Below, piece by piece: positions 1-9,732 of a DNA stretch of 64,000 nt. This stretch comes from Candidatus Woesearchaeota archaeon (lineage in GTDB: Archaea > Nanobdellota > Nanobdellia > SCGC-AAA011-G17 > GW2011-AR18): contig CAYSFG010000033.1 of assembly GCA_964430545.1 (NCBI GenBank), forward strand, positions 6,394 through 70,393. The letters are read 5' to 3'. The notes beneath the pieces are model-generated. The model saw only the letters and a list, made by a program, of their open reading frames with translations, did not search any database and had not been told where the DNA came from. Position numbers and translations under genes: made by a program. How positions within the stretch are numbered: the first letter of the stretch is position 1; each line of letters opens with the position of its first letter.

Positions 1-775
1 ATTTTTTAGACTTAGAATTTTTTGCTATTAAAGCCGCTTGTTTTGCAGTTAAGTGTTTGTATTCTTTTGCTTTTTCCTTATGTTCTTCTGAAAATGTACT
101 TTCACTTATTAATAAGTCTGAATTTTTTGCTGCATTTATAGCATTCTTACAATATCCTGTATCAAAAACTATTGTTACAACTTTTCCTTTTAATATTTTT
201 GTTGCTTTTGCTGCAGTTATTTTTTTATCTTTCCAAACTATATCTTTACCTTTTTGTAAGTCTCCAAGTATAGGGTGTTGTATTAATCCAATTTTTGAGG
301 TATATTCTATATTTATTTTTCTTTTATCATTTTCTTCTATCCTAAATGCATATGAAGGTACGCTATGTTCTAATGCATATACTTTTATTTTAAATTTTTC
401 AAATTCTATGATAGTATTATCTTTTATTTCTATTAATTTTATTTTTAATTTTTGATTATAATATGCAGAGTTCATCATGTTATTAAAAAATTTATTTAAT
501 CCACTAGGGCCATAGATACATAATATTTTATTATAGTCATTTGCTTCTAGATTTCTCATTAAGCCAGCTAATCCTAATACATGGTCAGCATGGAAATGGC
601 TTATAAATATTCTTGTTAAGTTAGTAGGTTTTAATCCTGCAAATTTCATTTGTCTTTGAGTTCCCTCTCCACAGTCAAACATTAAGTGTTCTGATTCATA
701 GTTAATATAAATACTTGTAAGATTTCTTTCTTTTGTTGGTTGCATTGAGCTTGTTCCTAAAAATACGATTTTCAT
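1..775 (-). CDS. rnz: Ribonuclease Z (tRNA 3' processing, metallo-beta-lactamase fold); runs off the window start and is not in the ORF track
   Basis: Minus-strand translation from the ATG at 775 gives MKIVFLGTSSMQP...HFHADHVLGL (HxHxDH zinc motif), continuing past position 1. The plus-strand ORF 57..455 is its antisense shadow. Confidence 0.75.
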   Translation of the reverse strand, partial: MKIVFLGTSSMQPTKERNLTSIYINYESEHLMFDCGEGTQRQMKFAGLKPTNLTRIFISHFHADHVLGLAGLMRNLEANDYNKILCIYGPSGLNKFFNNMMNSAYYNQKLKIKLIEIKDNTIIEFEKFKIKVYALEHSVPSYAFRIEENDKRKINIEYTSKIGLIQHPILGDLQKGKDIVWKDKKITAAKATKILKGKVVTIVFDTGYCKNAINAAKNSDLLISESTFSEEHKEKAKEYKHLTAKQAALIAKNSKSKK

Positions 776-839
776 TATATAAACTATATACCCTAACATA
801 TAAAAAGCTTTTTAAACTGTTCTCAATATTAAAACTCTA

Positions 840-1484
840 ATGGGAAGAAAGAAGAAAAAATCTACAAAAATTGAAGAAGTTATAATTAAGGAAAATATTG
901 TTCATGAACTTCCTAAAGAAGAATCTTCTGTTGAAGTCAAGGATGTTTTAAATGAAACTACTGAAACGGTTGAAGTATATTTGGAAAGAGAAATTGTTAT
1001 TTCTGATAGTACAAATTTGACTAGAGAATTATATGATAAAACTAGATACGGTGAGCCTACAGAAAATAAAAAATTTCAATATTCTTTGATTGAAGGATTA
1101 TATTTATTAGAAAGGGGAAAATTTAAAATAAAATCTGGTAATAAAACTTTAGATTTTGATTCTTATATTAAAAAAGCAAGAAAAATAGAACCAAATTTTT
1201 GGGTGAGATATTGTGTATTTAAGGATTTAAGAAAACGTGGTTATATTGTTAAAACTGCTTTAAAATTTGGTGCTGATTTTAGAGTTTATGATAGAGGTGT
1301 TAAGCCTGGTGAAGATCATGCAAGATGGATTGTTTATCCTGTATCAGAGGGAGAACAACTTGGGTGGTATGAATTCTCTGCTAAAAATAGAGTAGCACAT
1401 TCAACAAGGAAAAGATTATTAGTTGCTTGTGCAGATGTAGAATGTCAAATAACATATTGGGAAATAAGGTGGATTAGACCTTAA
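840..1484 (+). CDS. endA: tRNA-splicing endonuclease catalytic subunit (EndA family) with an N-terminal extension of about 60 aa
   Basis: C-terminal core FWVRYCVFKDLRKRGYIVKTALKFGADFRVYDRG...HARWIVYPV matches the EndA catalytic domain. Confidence 0.8.
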   Translation: MGRKKKKSTKIEEVIIKENIVHELPKEESSVEVKDVLNETTETVEVYLEREIVISDSTNLTRELYDKTRYGEPTENKKFQYSLIEGLYLLERGKFKIKSGNKTLDFDSYIKKARKIEPNFWVRYCVFKDLRKRGYIVKTALKFGADFRVYDRGVKPGEDHARWIVYPVSEGEQLGWYEFSAKNRVAHSTRKRLLVACADVECQITYWEIRWIRP

Positions 1485-1605
1485 TTAGTCTCAAATAAAT
1501 TTTATAATTATAAGATATAAATAAGAATTTAATGTAGAATAATATTATTATAGGACTATATGTTTAAACCTACAAAATGTTTAAATAAAGTTAAATATAC
1601 TTATT

Positions 1606-2655
1606 ATGATGGTGGATCAAAGAGAAGCGGCATTAAGTTTTATAAAGATTAATGGTCCTGTTTTACCTGTTCAGATAGCTAAAGTTCTTAACACAAATAT
1701 TTTATTTTCTTCTGCAATTTTATCAGAATTAGTAGATAGAAAATTAATAAAAATTACACATGCATCTATTGGTGGTTCTCCTGTTTATTATCTTTCAGGC
1801 CAGGAAGCTTTAATGGATGAAAAATTATATCATAGTCTTGGTGGTAAGGAAAAAGAAGCTTATTATTTAATAAAAGATAAAAAAATTGTTAGGGAAAAAG
1901 ATCTTGAACCTTGGCAGAGAGTAGCTATTAAAAGTTTAAAAGATTTCACAAGACAAATTACAGTACTTATTGATAATGAACAGGATTCTTTCTGGAAACA
2001 TCATTTAGTTTCAGATGAAGAAGCTAAGGTTTTAATTGAAGATTATATTAAAACTAATTTACAAAAAAATATTATTGCTACAAATAAGATATATGTTCCT
2101 GAAGAAGTTATTTCACAAGAGATTATTCCTCAGAATATTATTCAAAATTCCATTATTCCAGAACAATTAGTTTCTAAAATTGTTGAAGAAAATATTATTG
2201 AAAAAGATTATAATAAAATATATAATGAATCAATAAATGAAAGACAAGAGATTGTAAAAGAAGTAATTAAATCGATAAAAGAAGATTTTAAAAGTCAAGA
2301 TATAAAAAGAGAAATTATTGCTGAAGAATCTAAGAAGCCTGAAGGTAAATTTTATAATAATGTTTCTAGATTCCTTGAGAAAAATAATATAGAAATATTA
2401 AAAGAAGAATTAGTAAAAAAAGATAAAGTAATAAATTTTATAGTTGATATAAAAAGTTCTTTAGGTAAATTAAGATATCTTGCTGTTGCAAAATCCAAAC
2501 CTACTATAAATGAAGCTGATGTTTCTATGGCTTATGCCGAAGGTCAAATAAAAAAATTACCAGTTATATTTTTAATAGATGGAAAAATTAATAAAAAAGT
2601 AGAAAAATTAATAGAAACTAAATTTAAAGGGCAGGTTTTAATTAAAGAATTATAA
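1606..2655 (+). CDS. Hypothetical protein: N-terminal winged-helix-like region, charged coiled middle, C-terminal restriction-endonuclease-like segment
   Basis: N-terminus SFIKINGPVLPVQIAKVLN resembles a wHTH. C-terminus FIVDIKSS...EADVSMAYAEGQ has a weak PD-(D/E)xK flavour. No secure family assignment. Confidence 0.35.
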   Translation: MMVDQREAALSFIKINGPVLPVQIAKVLNTNILFSSAILSELVDRKLIKITHASIGGSPVYYLSGQEALMDEKLYHSLGGKEKEAYYLIKDKKIVREKDLEPWQRVAIKSLKDFTRQITVLIDNEQDSFWKHHLVSDEEAKVLIEDYIKTNLQKNIIATNKIYVPEEVISQEIIPQNIIQNSIIPEQLVSKIVEENIIEKDYNKIYNESINERQEIVKEVIKSIKEDFKSQDIKREIIAEESKKPEGKFYNNVSRFLEKNNIEILKEELVKKDKVINFIVDIKSSLGKLRYLAVAKSKPTINEADVSMAYAEGQIKKLPVIFLIDGKINKKVEKLIETKFKGQVLIKEL

Positions 2656-2668
2656 ATAAAAAATAAAA

Positions 2669-2983
2669 TTAAGTCTTATAAGGTTGATTAATATCTTGCA
2701 GACTTATTTCATCAGCACTTATCTTTAATTCTTTAAGTTCTTCTTTTATATTATCTTTTGTTATTCCAATTTTATAATATTCTAATGAATAAAGCTGGCC
2801 ATAGCTTTCTATAAGGCGCCAGCCATGGCATTGTAGTTTAGTTACTATCACAGCAATATTATGTAAATGATCTCTTATAGTATCTCCATAATCTCTTATT
2901 ATAAATGGATCCACCTTTGATCTTCCTTCTATCGGCAATGCCCAGTTTGGTTTTCCATGTAACCATAAGTTTATTACTATCAT
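2669..2983 (-). CDS. Hypothetical protein (104 aa)
   Basis: ORF that overlaps the next ORF by 4 nt, giving a two-gene arrangement. Confidence 0.3.
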   Translation of the reverse strand: MIVINLWLHGKPNWALPIEGRSKVDPFIIRDYGDTIRDHLHNIAVIVTKLQCHGWRLIESYGQLYSLEYYKIGITKDNIKEELKELKISADEISLQDINQPYKT

Positions 2984-3177
2984 TTTTTATACTCCCAGAA
3001 CTCCTCTTCAAATTCTTTCATGTCTATTGCATCTAAGTCTATTTCTAGTGTTTCAAATTCATTTTCTTTTATATCTTTTTCATAATAACATAATGATTTA
3101 TACCATTCTTTATCATCATTTAGTTCATCCTCTTTTTTTATTTCTATTTTTTTATTTTCATAGTTTTCTTTTTTCAT
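2980..3177 (-). CDS. Hypothetical small acidic protein (65 aa)
   Basis: Highly acidic, and its stop overlaps the start of the downstream ORF by 4 nt. Possibly a small regulator or antitoxin-like partner. Confidence 0.3.
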   Translation of the reverse strand: MKKENYENKKIEIKKEDELNDDKEWYKSLCYYEKDIKENEFETLEIDLDAIDMKEFEEEFWEYKK

Positions 3178-3318
3178 TTTATTTTACCTCCAATAATTAT
3201 AATAATATTTTTGAATTAAAAAAGCTTCACAAGAAATTTCTGTAGATCTATTTAGAATGCTTGTATAAACTTACATAAAATTGGAAACCTTTATAATTTA
3301 TATGAAAACATTTAATAT

Positions 3319-4437
3319 ATGAAAACATCATATTTATTTGTTTTAGGAAGAGATCCTGAACTTTCAAGGATTGAGATAGAGTCTTATTTTGATTCTAGAA
3401 ATATTAAGGTAGAAATTATTGATGAAAGCTCTGATATTTTAGTTATTAATATAGAAAAACTTGATCCTGAAGTTATTAATGAACTTGGCGGGACTATTAA
3501 AATAGCTGAAGTAATCTCAAATAGTGATAATTATTATGATATTGAAGATAGTTTAACTAAAGCTAATATTTATCCGGGGATAAAAAATAAAGTTAATTAT
3601 GCTATAGAACCTTTCAAGACTAAGTTATTTTCTACAGTTTCAGATTATCTTAAGGATTACTTTAAAAAAGAAAAGATAAAAGCTTCTTTTAAAAGGAATC
3701 TTGATCCTTCTAGCCTATCTAAGAAAGATTTTATTAACGATATGATTAATTTTATTATTTTTAAGAATTTTATTGGTATTGTAAGATATGTTTCAGATCC
3801 TAAGGAATTCAAAAGAAGAGATCTTGGAAGACCTGATGTTGATTATATGAAAAGTATTTCTATAAGATTGGCTAAAATTATGGTTAATATTAGTAAGGTT
3901 AAACCAGGACAAATATTAATTGATCCCTTTTGTGGAAGCGGGACAGTATTACAAGAAGCATTATTAAAAAATATTAATGTTATAGGAATAGATGATGACT
4001 CTAATTCTATTAAACAAAGTAAAACTAATTTAGAGTGGTTAAAAAATAATTATAATATTAATTCTAATTATCAATTGATTAAACTTGATGCTCGTAAAAT
4101 GTTTAGTGTTATTAAAAAAGGAAATGTTATTGTTACAGAGCCATATATGGGTCCTTTTATTAGAAAACTTCCTAGATTAGAAGAGGCTCAACATTTAGTT
4201 AGAGATTTAAGAGAGCTTTATGATAGTATTGTTAGACAGGCTAAAGAAATTTTAAATAAAGATGAAAGAATTGTTATTATAATCCCGATTATTAGAACTT
4301 TAGAAAATAAAAATATTAAGATTGATTTTATTAATATTGCAAGTGCTTATGGTTTTACAGTTATTTACAAACCTGTATTTTATGCTTACAAAGGCAGTAA
4401 ACTTCATAGAGAGATTTATGTTTTGGAAAAGAATTAG
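3319..4437 (+). CDS. Putative tRNA (guanine-N2)-methyltransferase (Trm-G10 / UPF0020 family; THUMP-like N-terminus plus class I SAM methyltransferase)
   Basis: SAM-binding motif I LIDPFCGSGTVLQEA. Domain order and length match archaeal Trm-G10-type enzymes. Confidence 0.55.
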   Translation: MKTSYLFVLGRDPELSRIEIESYFDSRNIKVEIIDESSDILVINIEKLDPEVINELGGTIKIAEVISNSDNYYDIEDSLTKANIYPGIKNKVNYAIEPFKTKLFSTVSDYLKDYFKKEKIKASFKRNLDPSSLSKKDFINDMINFIIFKNFIGIVRYVSDPKEFKRRDLGRPDVDYMKSISIRLAKIMVNISKVKPGQILIDPFCGSGTVLQEALLKNINVIGIDDDSNSIKQSKTNLEWLKNNYNINSNYQLIKLDARKMFSVIKKGNVIVTEPYMGPFIRKLPRLEEAQHLVRDLRELYDSIVRQAKEILNKDERIVIIIPIIRTLENKNIKIDFINIASAYGFTVIYKPVFYAYKGSKLHREIYVLEKN

Positions 4438-4606
4438 GTTTTATATAGAATTATAAAATTATAGATTTAAAAATAATTAATTGATTATTTAATAAATAGA
4501 TTAATTAAAAAATTTTATTGTAAATTAAAACATTAATAATTCTCAAATAATACACAAAAAATACTCATCACAATCTTTATAAACTATCCAAATTTTCATT
4601 AGAAAC

Positions 4607-4813
4607 ATGGGAAGAATAAGAACTACATTAATCAAGAGATCTGGAGAAAAATTGTTAAAATCTAACCCAGAAGCGTTTCTACCTAATTTTGAACATAATA
4701 AAAAAACTGTGGAAAGTCTTGCAGAAGTTCCTTCTAAGAAATTAAGAAATGTTATTGCTGGTTATATTACTAAATTAGTTAAAAACTCTCAAAAAAGAGC
4801 ATCATCTTTTTAA
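4607..4813 (+). CDS. rps17e: 30S ribosomal protein S17e
   Basis: MGRIRTTLIKR... and PSKKLRNVIAGYIT match the S17e signature. Confidence 0.85.
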   Translation: MGRIRTTLIKRSGEKLLKSNPEAFLPNFEHNKKTVESLAEVPSKKLRNVIAGYITKLVKNSQKRASSF

Positions 4814-4825
4814 GATCATTGTAAA

Positions 4826-5137
4826 ATGACTGAAGAACATAAAGAATATAAATTTAGGGAGAGAACAAACACTATTTATGTAGGTGAAAAACCTTTAATT
4901 AATTATGCGACTAGCGTTGTTATGAATTTTACTGCACATAATATGCCTGAAGTTATAATTAAATCAAGAGGTAAATTTATTTCTAAAGCTGTAGATATTG
5001 CAGAAGTTGCAAAGAATAGATTTTTAAAAGATCAAATAGAACTTAAGGACATTAAAATAGGTTCTGAAGAGTTTATTAATAAAGAAAACAGGAATGTTAG
5101 GGTAAGTTTTATTGAGATTACTTTAAAAAAGAAATAA
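4826..5137 (+). CDS. albA: DNA/RNA-binding protein Alba
   Basis: IYVGEKPLINYATSVVMNF...VIIKSRGKFISKAVDIAEVAKNRF is typical Alba. Confidence 0.85.
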   Translation: MTEEHKEYKFRERTNTIYVGEKPLINYATSVVMNFTAHNMPEVIIKSRGKFISKAVDIAEVAKNRFLKDQIELKDIKIGSEEFINKENRNVRVSFIEITLKKK

Positions 5138-5392
5138 ACTTCCACTATATGTCGTAATGTAAACTAGAATTAAAAGTGGGAAAACTCGTGGCAGGATTAT
5201 AAAATTATTAAATAAAAATATTAGTAATGTTTATAAATTTTTTTATTATTACTACTATAAAAATATAATAAAAAACTTTAAAAGTTCATTAATATTTTTT
5301 TTAGATTATTTATAATAAATTTTTTAAACTCAATAAATTAAAACAATAACATTTATTAACAATACAATTCTAAGATATATAGTAAAGAGGTT

Positions 5393-7081
5393 ATGATGAT
5401 AAATTCACTTTTAATTGATATAGGAATAATAATTTTGGCTGCAGCATTCTTAGCTTTACTTACTAAATTAATAAAACAACCCATAGTTTTAGGTTATGTC
5501 ATAGCTGGTTTCTTAATAGGTCCTATAACTTTTGGGTGGGTTAAAAACATAGACTTAATTAAAACTTTAGCAGAATTAGGTGTAGCTTTCTTATTATTTA
5601 TTGTGGGTTTAGAATTAGATTTAAACAAATTCAGACAATTAGGGTGGGTGGTGGCAGTTACAGGGTTTTTGCAGGTAATTATGGTTACCGCTGTCAGTGC
5701 TTTTTTTGCAGGGATTTGGTTGTCTAAGATAGAAGCTTTTTACATTGGTCTTATTGTTGCTTTCTCAAGTACTATGATCGTCATTAAATTAATAGATGAC
5801 AAAAATGAATTACAGACGTTACATGGTAAGATTGTTTTGGGTATTTTATTAGTTCAGGATATTATGGTTGTTTTAGTTTTATCTTTATTACAAAGTTTAG
5901 GCAGTACTTCAACATTTACATTTCTATCTATCTTTAAAGGTCTTGCTTTAATAATAGTTTCTTATTTTATAGGTAAATATATCTTTAATTATATTTTAAA
6001 ATTAAGTGCATCTATTCCAGAATTATTATTTATAGTTTCTTTAGCAATAAGTTTTGTATATGCTGGTTTGGCATATTATCTTAATTTTTCTATTGCTATC
6101 GGCGCATTTATTGCAGGCATAGCTCTAGCTTCATCTCAATACAGCATAGAAATAATTGGCAGGGTAAAATCTTTAAAGGATTTTTTCTTAGTTATATTTT
6201 TTGTTTCTCTAGGGTTGCAAATTACATCTTTTTCATTTAGGGCTATTTCAGTATTACTTTTAATTTCTTTTTTACTTGTAGTTATTATAAAACCATTAAT
6301 AATATTTATTTTACTTAAATTATTTAAACAAAGTAATAGGACATCTTTTAGTTCAAGCATTGCTTTAGCCCAGATAAGTGAATTTTCTCTTGTTCTTGCA
6401 GGAACTGGTGTTGTTCTTGGCCATTTACAAAATAATATATTTAGTCTTGTAGTTATTTTAGGTGCTATAACTTTCACTTTAACTTCTTATTTAATAAAAT
6501 ATGATAGGGATATTTATACTTTTATTCATCCTTTATTAATAAAGATTGAAACTAATCCTAAAAATTTTGGTACTGAAAAATTAGAAAAAGAATTAAAAGA
6601 ACATATTGTTATTATTGGGGCTCATAGAATGGCTTCTAGGATTATTGAAATATTAAAACAAAGATATAAGAATTTTGTAGTTGTAGATTTTAATCCAGAA
6701 AGAGTTGCTGAATTAAGAAGAGAAAATATTAATTGTGTTTATGGTGATTATGGTAATGTTCATGTTATTGAAAATTTGAATATTTATAAAGCAAAGATAA
6801 TTATTTCAACTGTTCCAAATTTTAATGATAATCTTAGATTGATAAAGATGGCTAAATCAAATAATAAGTCTATTATTACAATAATAACTACACATAATGC
6901 TTTTGATGCTTTATTATTATATAAGGGGGGTGCTGATTTTGTTATATTCCCAGAATATTTATCAGGTCAAAAAATAGCAGATTATTTAGTCCATCTTGAT
7001 TCTAAAGGTATTAAAAAATGGGGGCAGCATTATAAGAGTACATTGATAGAAGAAATTAAAAGAAATAGGTTGTTTATTTGA
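5393..7081 (+). CDS. Monovalent cation:proton antiporter (CPA2/Kef-type) with C-terminal TrkA-N (Rossmann) regulatory domain
   Basis: Multi-TM N-terminal half followed by IVIIGAHRMASRIIEILKQ, an NAD-binding GxGxxG-like TrkA-N motif. Confidence 0.75.
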   Translation: MMINSLLIDIGIIILAAAFLALLTKLIKQPIVLGYVIAGFLIGPITFGWVKNIDLIKTLAELGVAFLLFIVGLELDLNKFRQLGWVVAVTGFLQVIMVTAVSAFFAGIWLSKIEAFYIGLIVAFSSTMIVIKLIDDKNELQTLHGKIVLGILLVQDIMVVLVLSLLQSLGSTSTFTFLSIFKGLALIIVSYFIGKYIFNYILKLSASIPELLFIVSLAISFVYAGLAYYLNFSIAIGAFIAGIALASSQYSIEIIGRVKSLKDFFLVIFFVSLGLQITSFSFRAISVLLLISFLLVVIIKPLIIFILLKLFKQSNRTSFSSSIALAQISEFSLVLAGTGVVLGHLQNNIFSLVVILGAITFTLTSYLIKYDRDIYTFIHPLLIKIETNPKNFGTEKLEKELKEHIVIIGAHRMASRIIEILKQRYKNFVVVDFNPERVAELRRENINCVYGDYGNVHVIENLNIYKAKIIISTVPNFNDNLRLIKMAKSNNKSIITIITTHNAFDALLLYKGGADFVIFPEYLSGQKIADYLVHLDSKGIKKWGQHYKSTLIEEIKRNRLFI

Positions 7082-7101
7082 ATTGTTTATATAAAAATAA
7101 T

Positions 7102-7740
7102 TTAAATTAATCCATTTTTTAGAAGTGCTTCTTGTATTATTTTATAAATAATTTCATGACCTTTTGTATTTGGATGATCTCCATCAACTAATAAACTTTT
7201 ATAATCAAGATTTACTAAATTTTCATATAGGGGAATAAATAGTATTTTATTTTTACTTGCAACTTTTTCTACAATACTATTAAAAATTTTTATATGTTTA
7301 TTTTGTGCAGAATATTCTGGGGCCCATGGTAAAGGATTAAGCTTAGTATCATCAACTGGTGTCAATCCAATAAGAACAATATCTTTAGAATAATTATTTG
7401 CAAGTTCTATTAATTTATTTAAATTTTTTTCATATTTTTTAGAAGAAATATTAAATTTATTATTTTTATTAATAATTAAACAGTCATTTGTTCCTACAGA
7501 AAATAAAAATAATGTTTTTTCTTTGTCATCTAATCTATCTATAACCTCTTTTTTAAATCTTTTAATTATACCATTACTTGTGTCTCCACTTATTCCTAAA
7601 TTATAAATAAGGTAATATTTTTTATAATTAGATTCAATAACTATTTTGTCTAAATATTTTCTTAGTCTTTGAACCCAACCTCCTTCAGCATCCCATGCCC
7701 CATAAGTTATGCTATCACCAAATACTAATATTTGTACCAT
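7102..7740 (-). CDS. SGNH/GDSL-family hydrolase
   Basis: N-terminal MVQILVFGDSITYG (GDS block) with downstream GTND and DGDHP blocks. Confidence 0.65.
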   Translation of the reverse strand: MVQILVFGDSITYGAWDAEGGWVQRLRKYLDKIVIESNYKKYYLIYNLGISGDTSNGIIKRFKKEVIDRLDDKEKTLFLFSVGTNDCLIINKNNKFNISSKKYEKNLNKLIELANNYSKDIVLIGLTPVDDTKLNPLPWAPEYSAQNKHIKIFNSIVEKVASKNKILFIPLYENLVNLDYKSLLVDGDHPNTKGHEIIYKIIQEALLKNGLI

Positions 7741-8038
7741 TAATAATATTTATTTAATCTGATTAATTAAACTTTTGTTTTTAATATCATTCTATTTTTG
7801 TAATATTTTAAAAAATTTTCAATAAAGATTTATAAATAATAAAATAAATTAAATAAAAATGATAAAAAAGATAGAAATTTAAAAATTTATGAAGAATATT
7901 AGTTTTAAAAATAGCAAACATTCAACAAAATATTTTATATATAAGAAATTTGGTTATTTTCAAATTAATATTACATCAAAATAAAGAGAAGGTATATTAA
8001 ATAATAAATTAGATATAATAAAATTTGAAAAATAAAAT

Positions 8039-8148
8039 GCCATACCCAAGATTTGAACTTGGAACAACAGCCTGACTCACTAAGGTGGATATGAGAGTTA
8101 CACCCTAATTTCTTAAGTCTGTGCTCTGCCAGGTTGAGCTAGTATGGC
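8039..8148 (-). tRNA. Intron-containing tRNA (110 nt) with an intron of about 37 nt in the anticodon arm; isotype unresolved
   Basis: Minus strand: acceptor GCCATAC/GTATGGC (7 bp), D arm GCTC-AACCTGGCA-GAGC, T arm CCAAG-TTCAAAT-CTTGG, discriminator A. The anticodon stem CAGAC only pairs with GGCTG on the far side of a 37-nt insert, with one A-G mismatch. The unspliced loop reads TTAAGAA. Confidence 0.7.
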
Positions 8149-8306
8149 CTATAAATAAGTTTAAACTAATCTTTTAAAAAGCTTTTTATTCTAGTATTAT
8201 TAGCTTATTACATGGAGAGAGTTTTTATAATGTTGGAAGGTGGTTATGTAAATTTAAATAAGTTTGATTTTAAAAAAGAGGGTTCTATAATATTTAATTC
8301 TTAATT

Positions 8307-8759
8307 TTATTTTCTTATTTTCTTAGCAAGTGCAAATAATTTAATATCATCAGCGCGTTTGTAGTCATGCGAAGAAATATAACCTTCATATTTATTAAAA
8401 TATTTATTTACATTAGATTTTAATGGTATCCAATCTTTTATTTTAGTATGGTGCATTGGGAAAAGTTTAGCATGTATATGATCTACACCAAATCCTTCAA
8501 ATATCATTCCAGTTCTTCCAACATCTTCAAATTTAGAATCAATTAATTTAGCTACTTTTTTTGAAGCAATTACAAGTTTTTTTAATACTAAATCCGGTAG
8601 GTCAAAAGCATAACTTCCATAATGTTTTTTTGTTATAACCACAGAAAATCCTTCTGTATTAGGAAAAATAGATAAAAATGCCAAATGTTTTTCATCTTCC
8701 CATATCTTATGGCATGGGGACTTTTCATTTACAATTTTACAAAAGAGGCAGTCTTTCAT
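8307..8759 (-). CDS. HIT-family (histidine triad) nucleotide hydrolase
   Basis: MKDCLFCKIV... N-terminus and a histidine triad VDHIHAKLFP. Confidence 0.75.
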   Translation of the reverse strand: MKDCLFCKIVNEKSPCHKIWEDEKHLAFLSIFPNTEGFSVVITKKHYGSYAFDLPDLVLKKLVIASKKVAKLIDSKFEDVGRTGMIFEGFGVDHIHAKLFPMHHTKIKDWIPLKSNVNKYFNKYEGYISSHDYKRADDIKLFALAKKIRK

Positions 8760-8942
8760 AATATAATTATTTTAATTTGCTTAATAAACTTTTTGAATTA
8801 AAGGCTCTGTCCAGATTGGGTAAAGAATTTTGATTAGATAAAAAAAGGTTTGTGTTATTTTTTTTGTGTTGTTTTTCTTTTGATATTGTATAATATAGTA
8901 TTTTATCCGAATTCTTTTTTCTTTGTGTAGCTTTTTTTATTT

Positions 8943-9569
8943 TTATTTTAAATAAAACTCAAGTTCTTCTAAATCATATATCTTATTTTTATATTCTTTT
9001 TTACCTTCCCTGTCTAATAATACTGCTTTTATACCATATATTTCTGCTCCCTGTATATCTGTTTCTATTTGGTCACCTATAACTATTACTTCTTCTGGTT
9101 TCATATTTAGTTTTGTTAATATTTTCTGATAAATTAGGGGGGAAGGTTTCATTATTCCTTCATTGCATGAAAAGTAAATTATATTAAAATATCCATGTAT
9201 ATTTAATTTTTTTATTGATTCATTTGAAATTGGAATTGTATTACTTAATAGTACAAGTTTTATTCCTTTTCTTTTTAATATTTCTAGTATGTCTAAAGAA
9301 TCATCAAATAAGGCAACATTATTTATTTGAGAATTCCATAATCTAACAAGTTCATCCTTAAATGCTACAGGTTTATTTATTTTGTTTAATAGTTTAGTAA
9401 AAAATTCATCTGAATTATAATTTCTTATATACCATTCTTTTCTTAATTCTTTGAATTTTTCTTCATTTTCACTTCCTATAATATTAATAACTTTTTGAAT
9501 ATAAGATCCAATGTGATTTTTATTATAAGCTAAAGTCCCCCATAAATCAAATATTACTGCTTTTATCAT
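8943..9569 (-). CDS. HAD-superfamily hydrolase
   Basis: Motif I MIKAVIFDLWGTL (DxxGT) and downstream HAD blocks. Confidence 0.75.
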   Translation of the reverse strand: MIKAVIFDLWGTLAYNKNHIGSYIQKVINIIGSENEEKFKELRKEWYIRNYNSDEFFTKLLNKINKPVAFKDELVRLWNSQINNVALFDDSLDILEILKRKGIKLVLLSNTIPISNESIKKLNIHGYFNIIYFSCNEGIMKPSPLIYQKILTKLNMKPEEVIVIGDQIETDIQGAEIYGIKAVLLDREGKKEYKNKIYDLEELEFYLK

Positions 9570-9732
9570 TTAATTTTTTGAGAAATTATTACTTTATTAA
9601 TATTTATATTGTTAAAATTAAGTTATATAATCAATTAACAAAGTAATAAATTTAATTTTTTTAGTTTATTGTTTATTAATATTAAAATTTATTTTTAATT
9701 AAAAGTTATGGCATTTTTTATATACTTTAAAA

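Noticed and set aside
57-455. Plus-strand ORF of 132 aa at the window start
   Set aside because: It lies antisense to the RNase Z gene (minus strand, 1..775), which has clear HxHxDH motifs. Its product is a hydrophobic low-complexity sequence typical of antisense frames in AT-rich DNA.
3027-3245. Plus-strand ORF overlapping the small acidic minus-strand gene
   Set aside because: Phe/Leu/Tyr-rich composition typical of an antisense frame, and it conflicts with the coupled minus-strand pair 2669..3177.
6136-6477. Minus-strand ORF inside the Kef-type antiporter gene
   Set aside because: Antisense to a well-supported polytopic transporter ORF.
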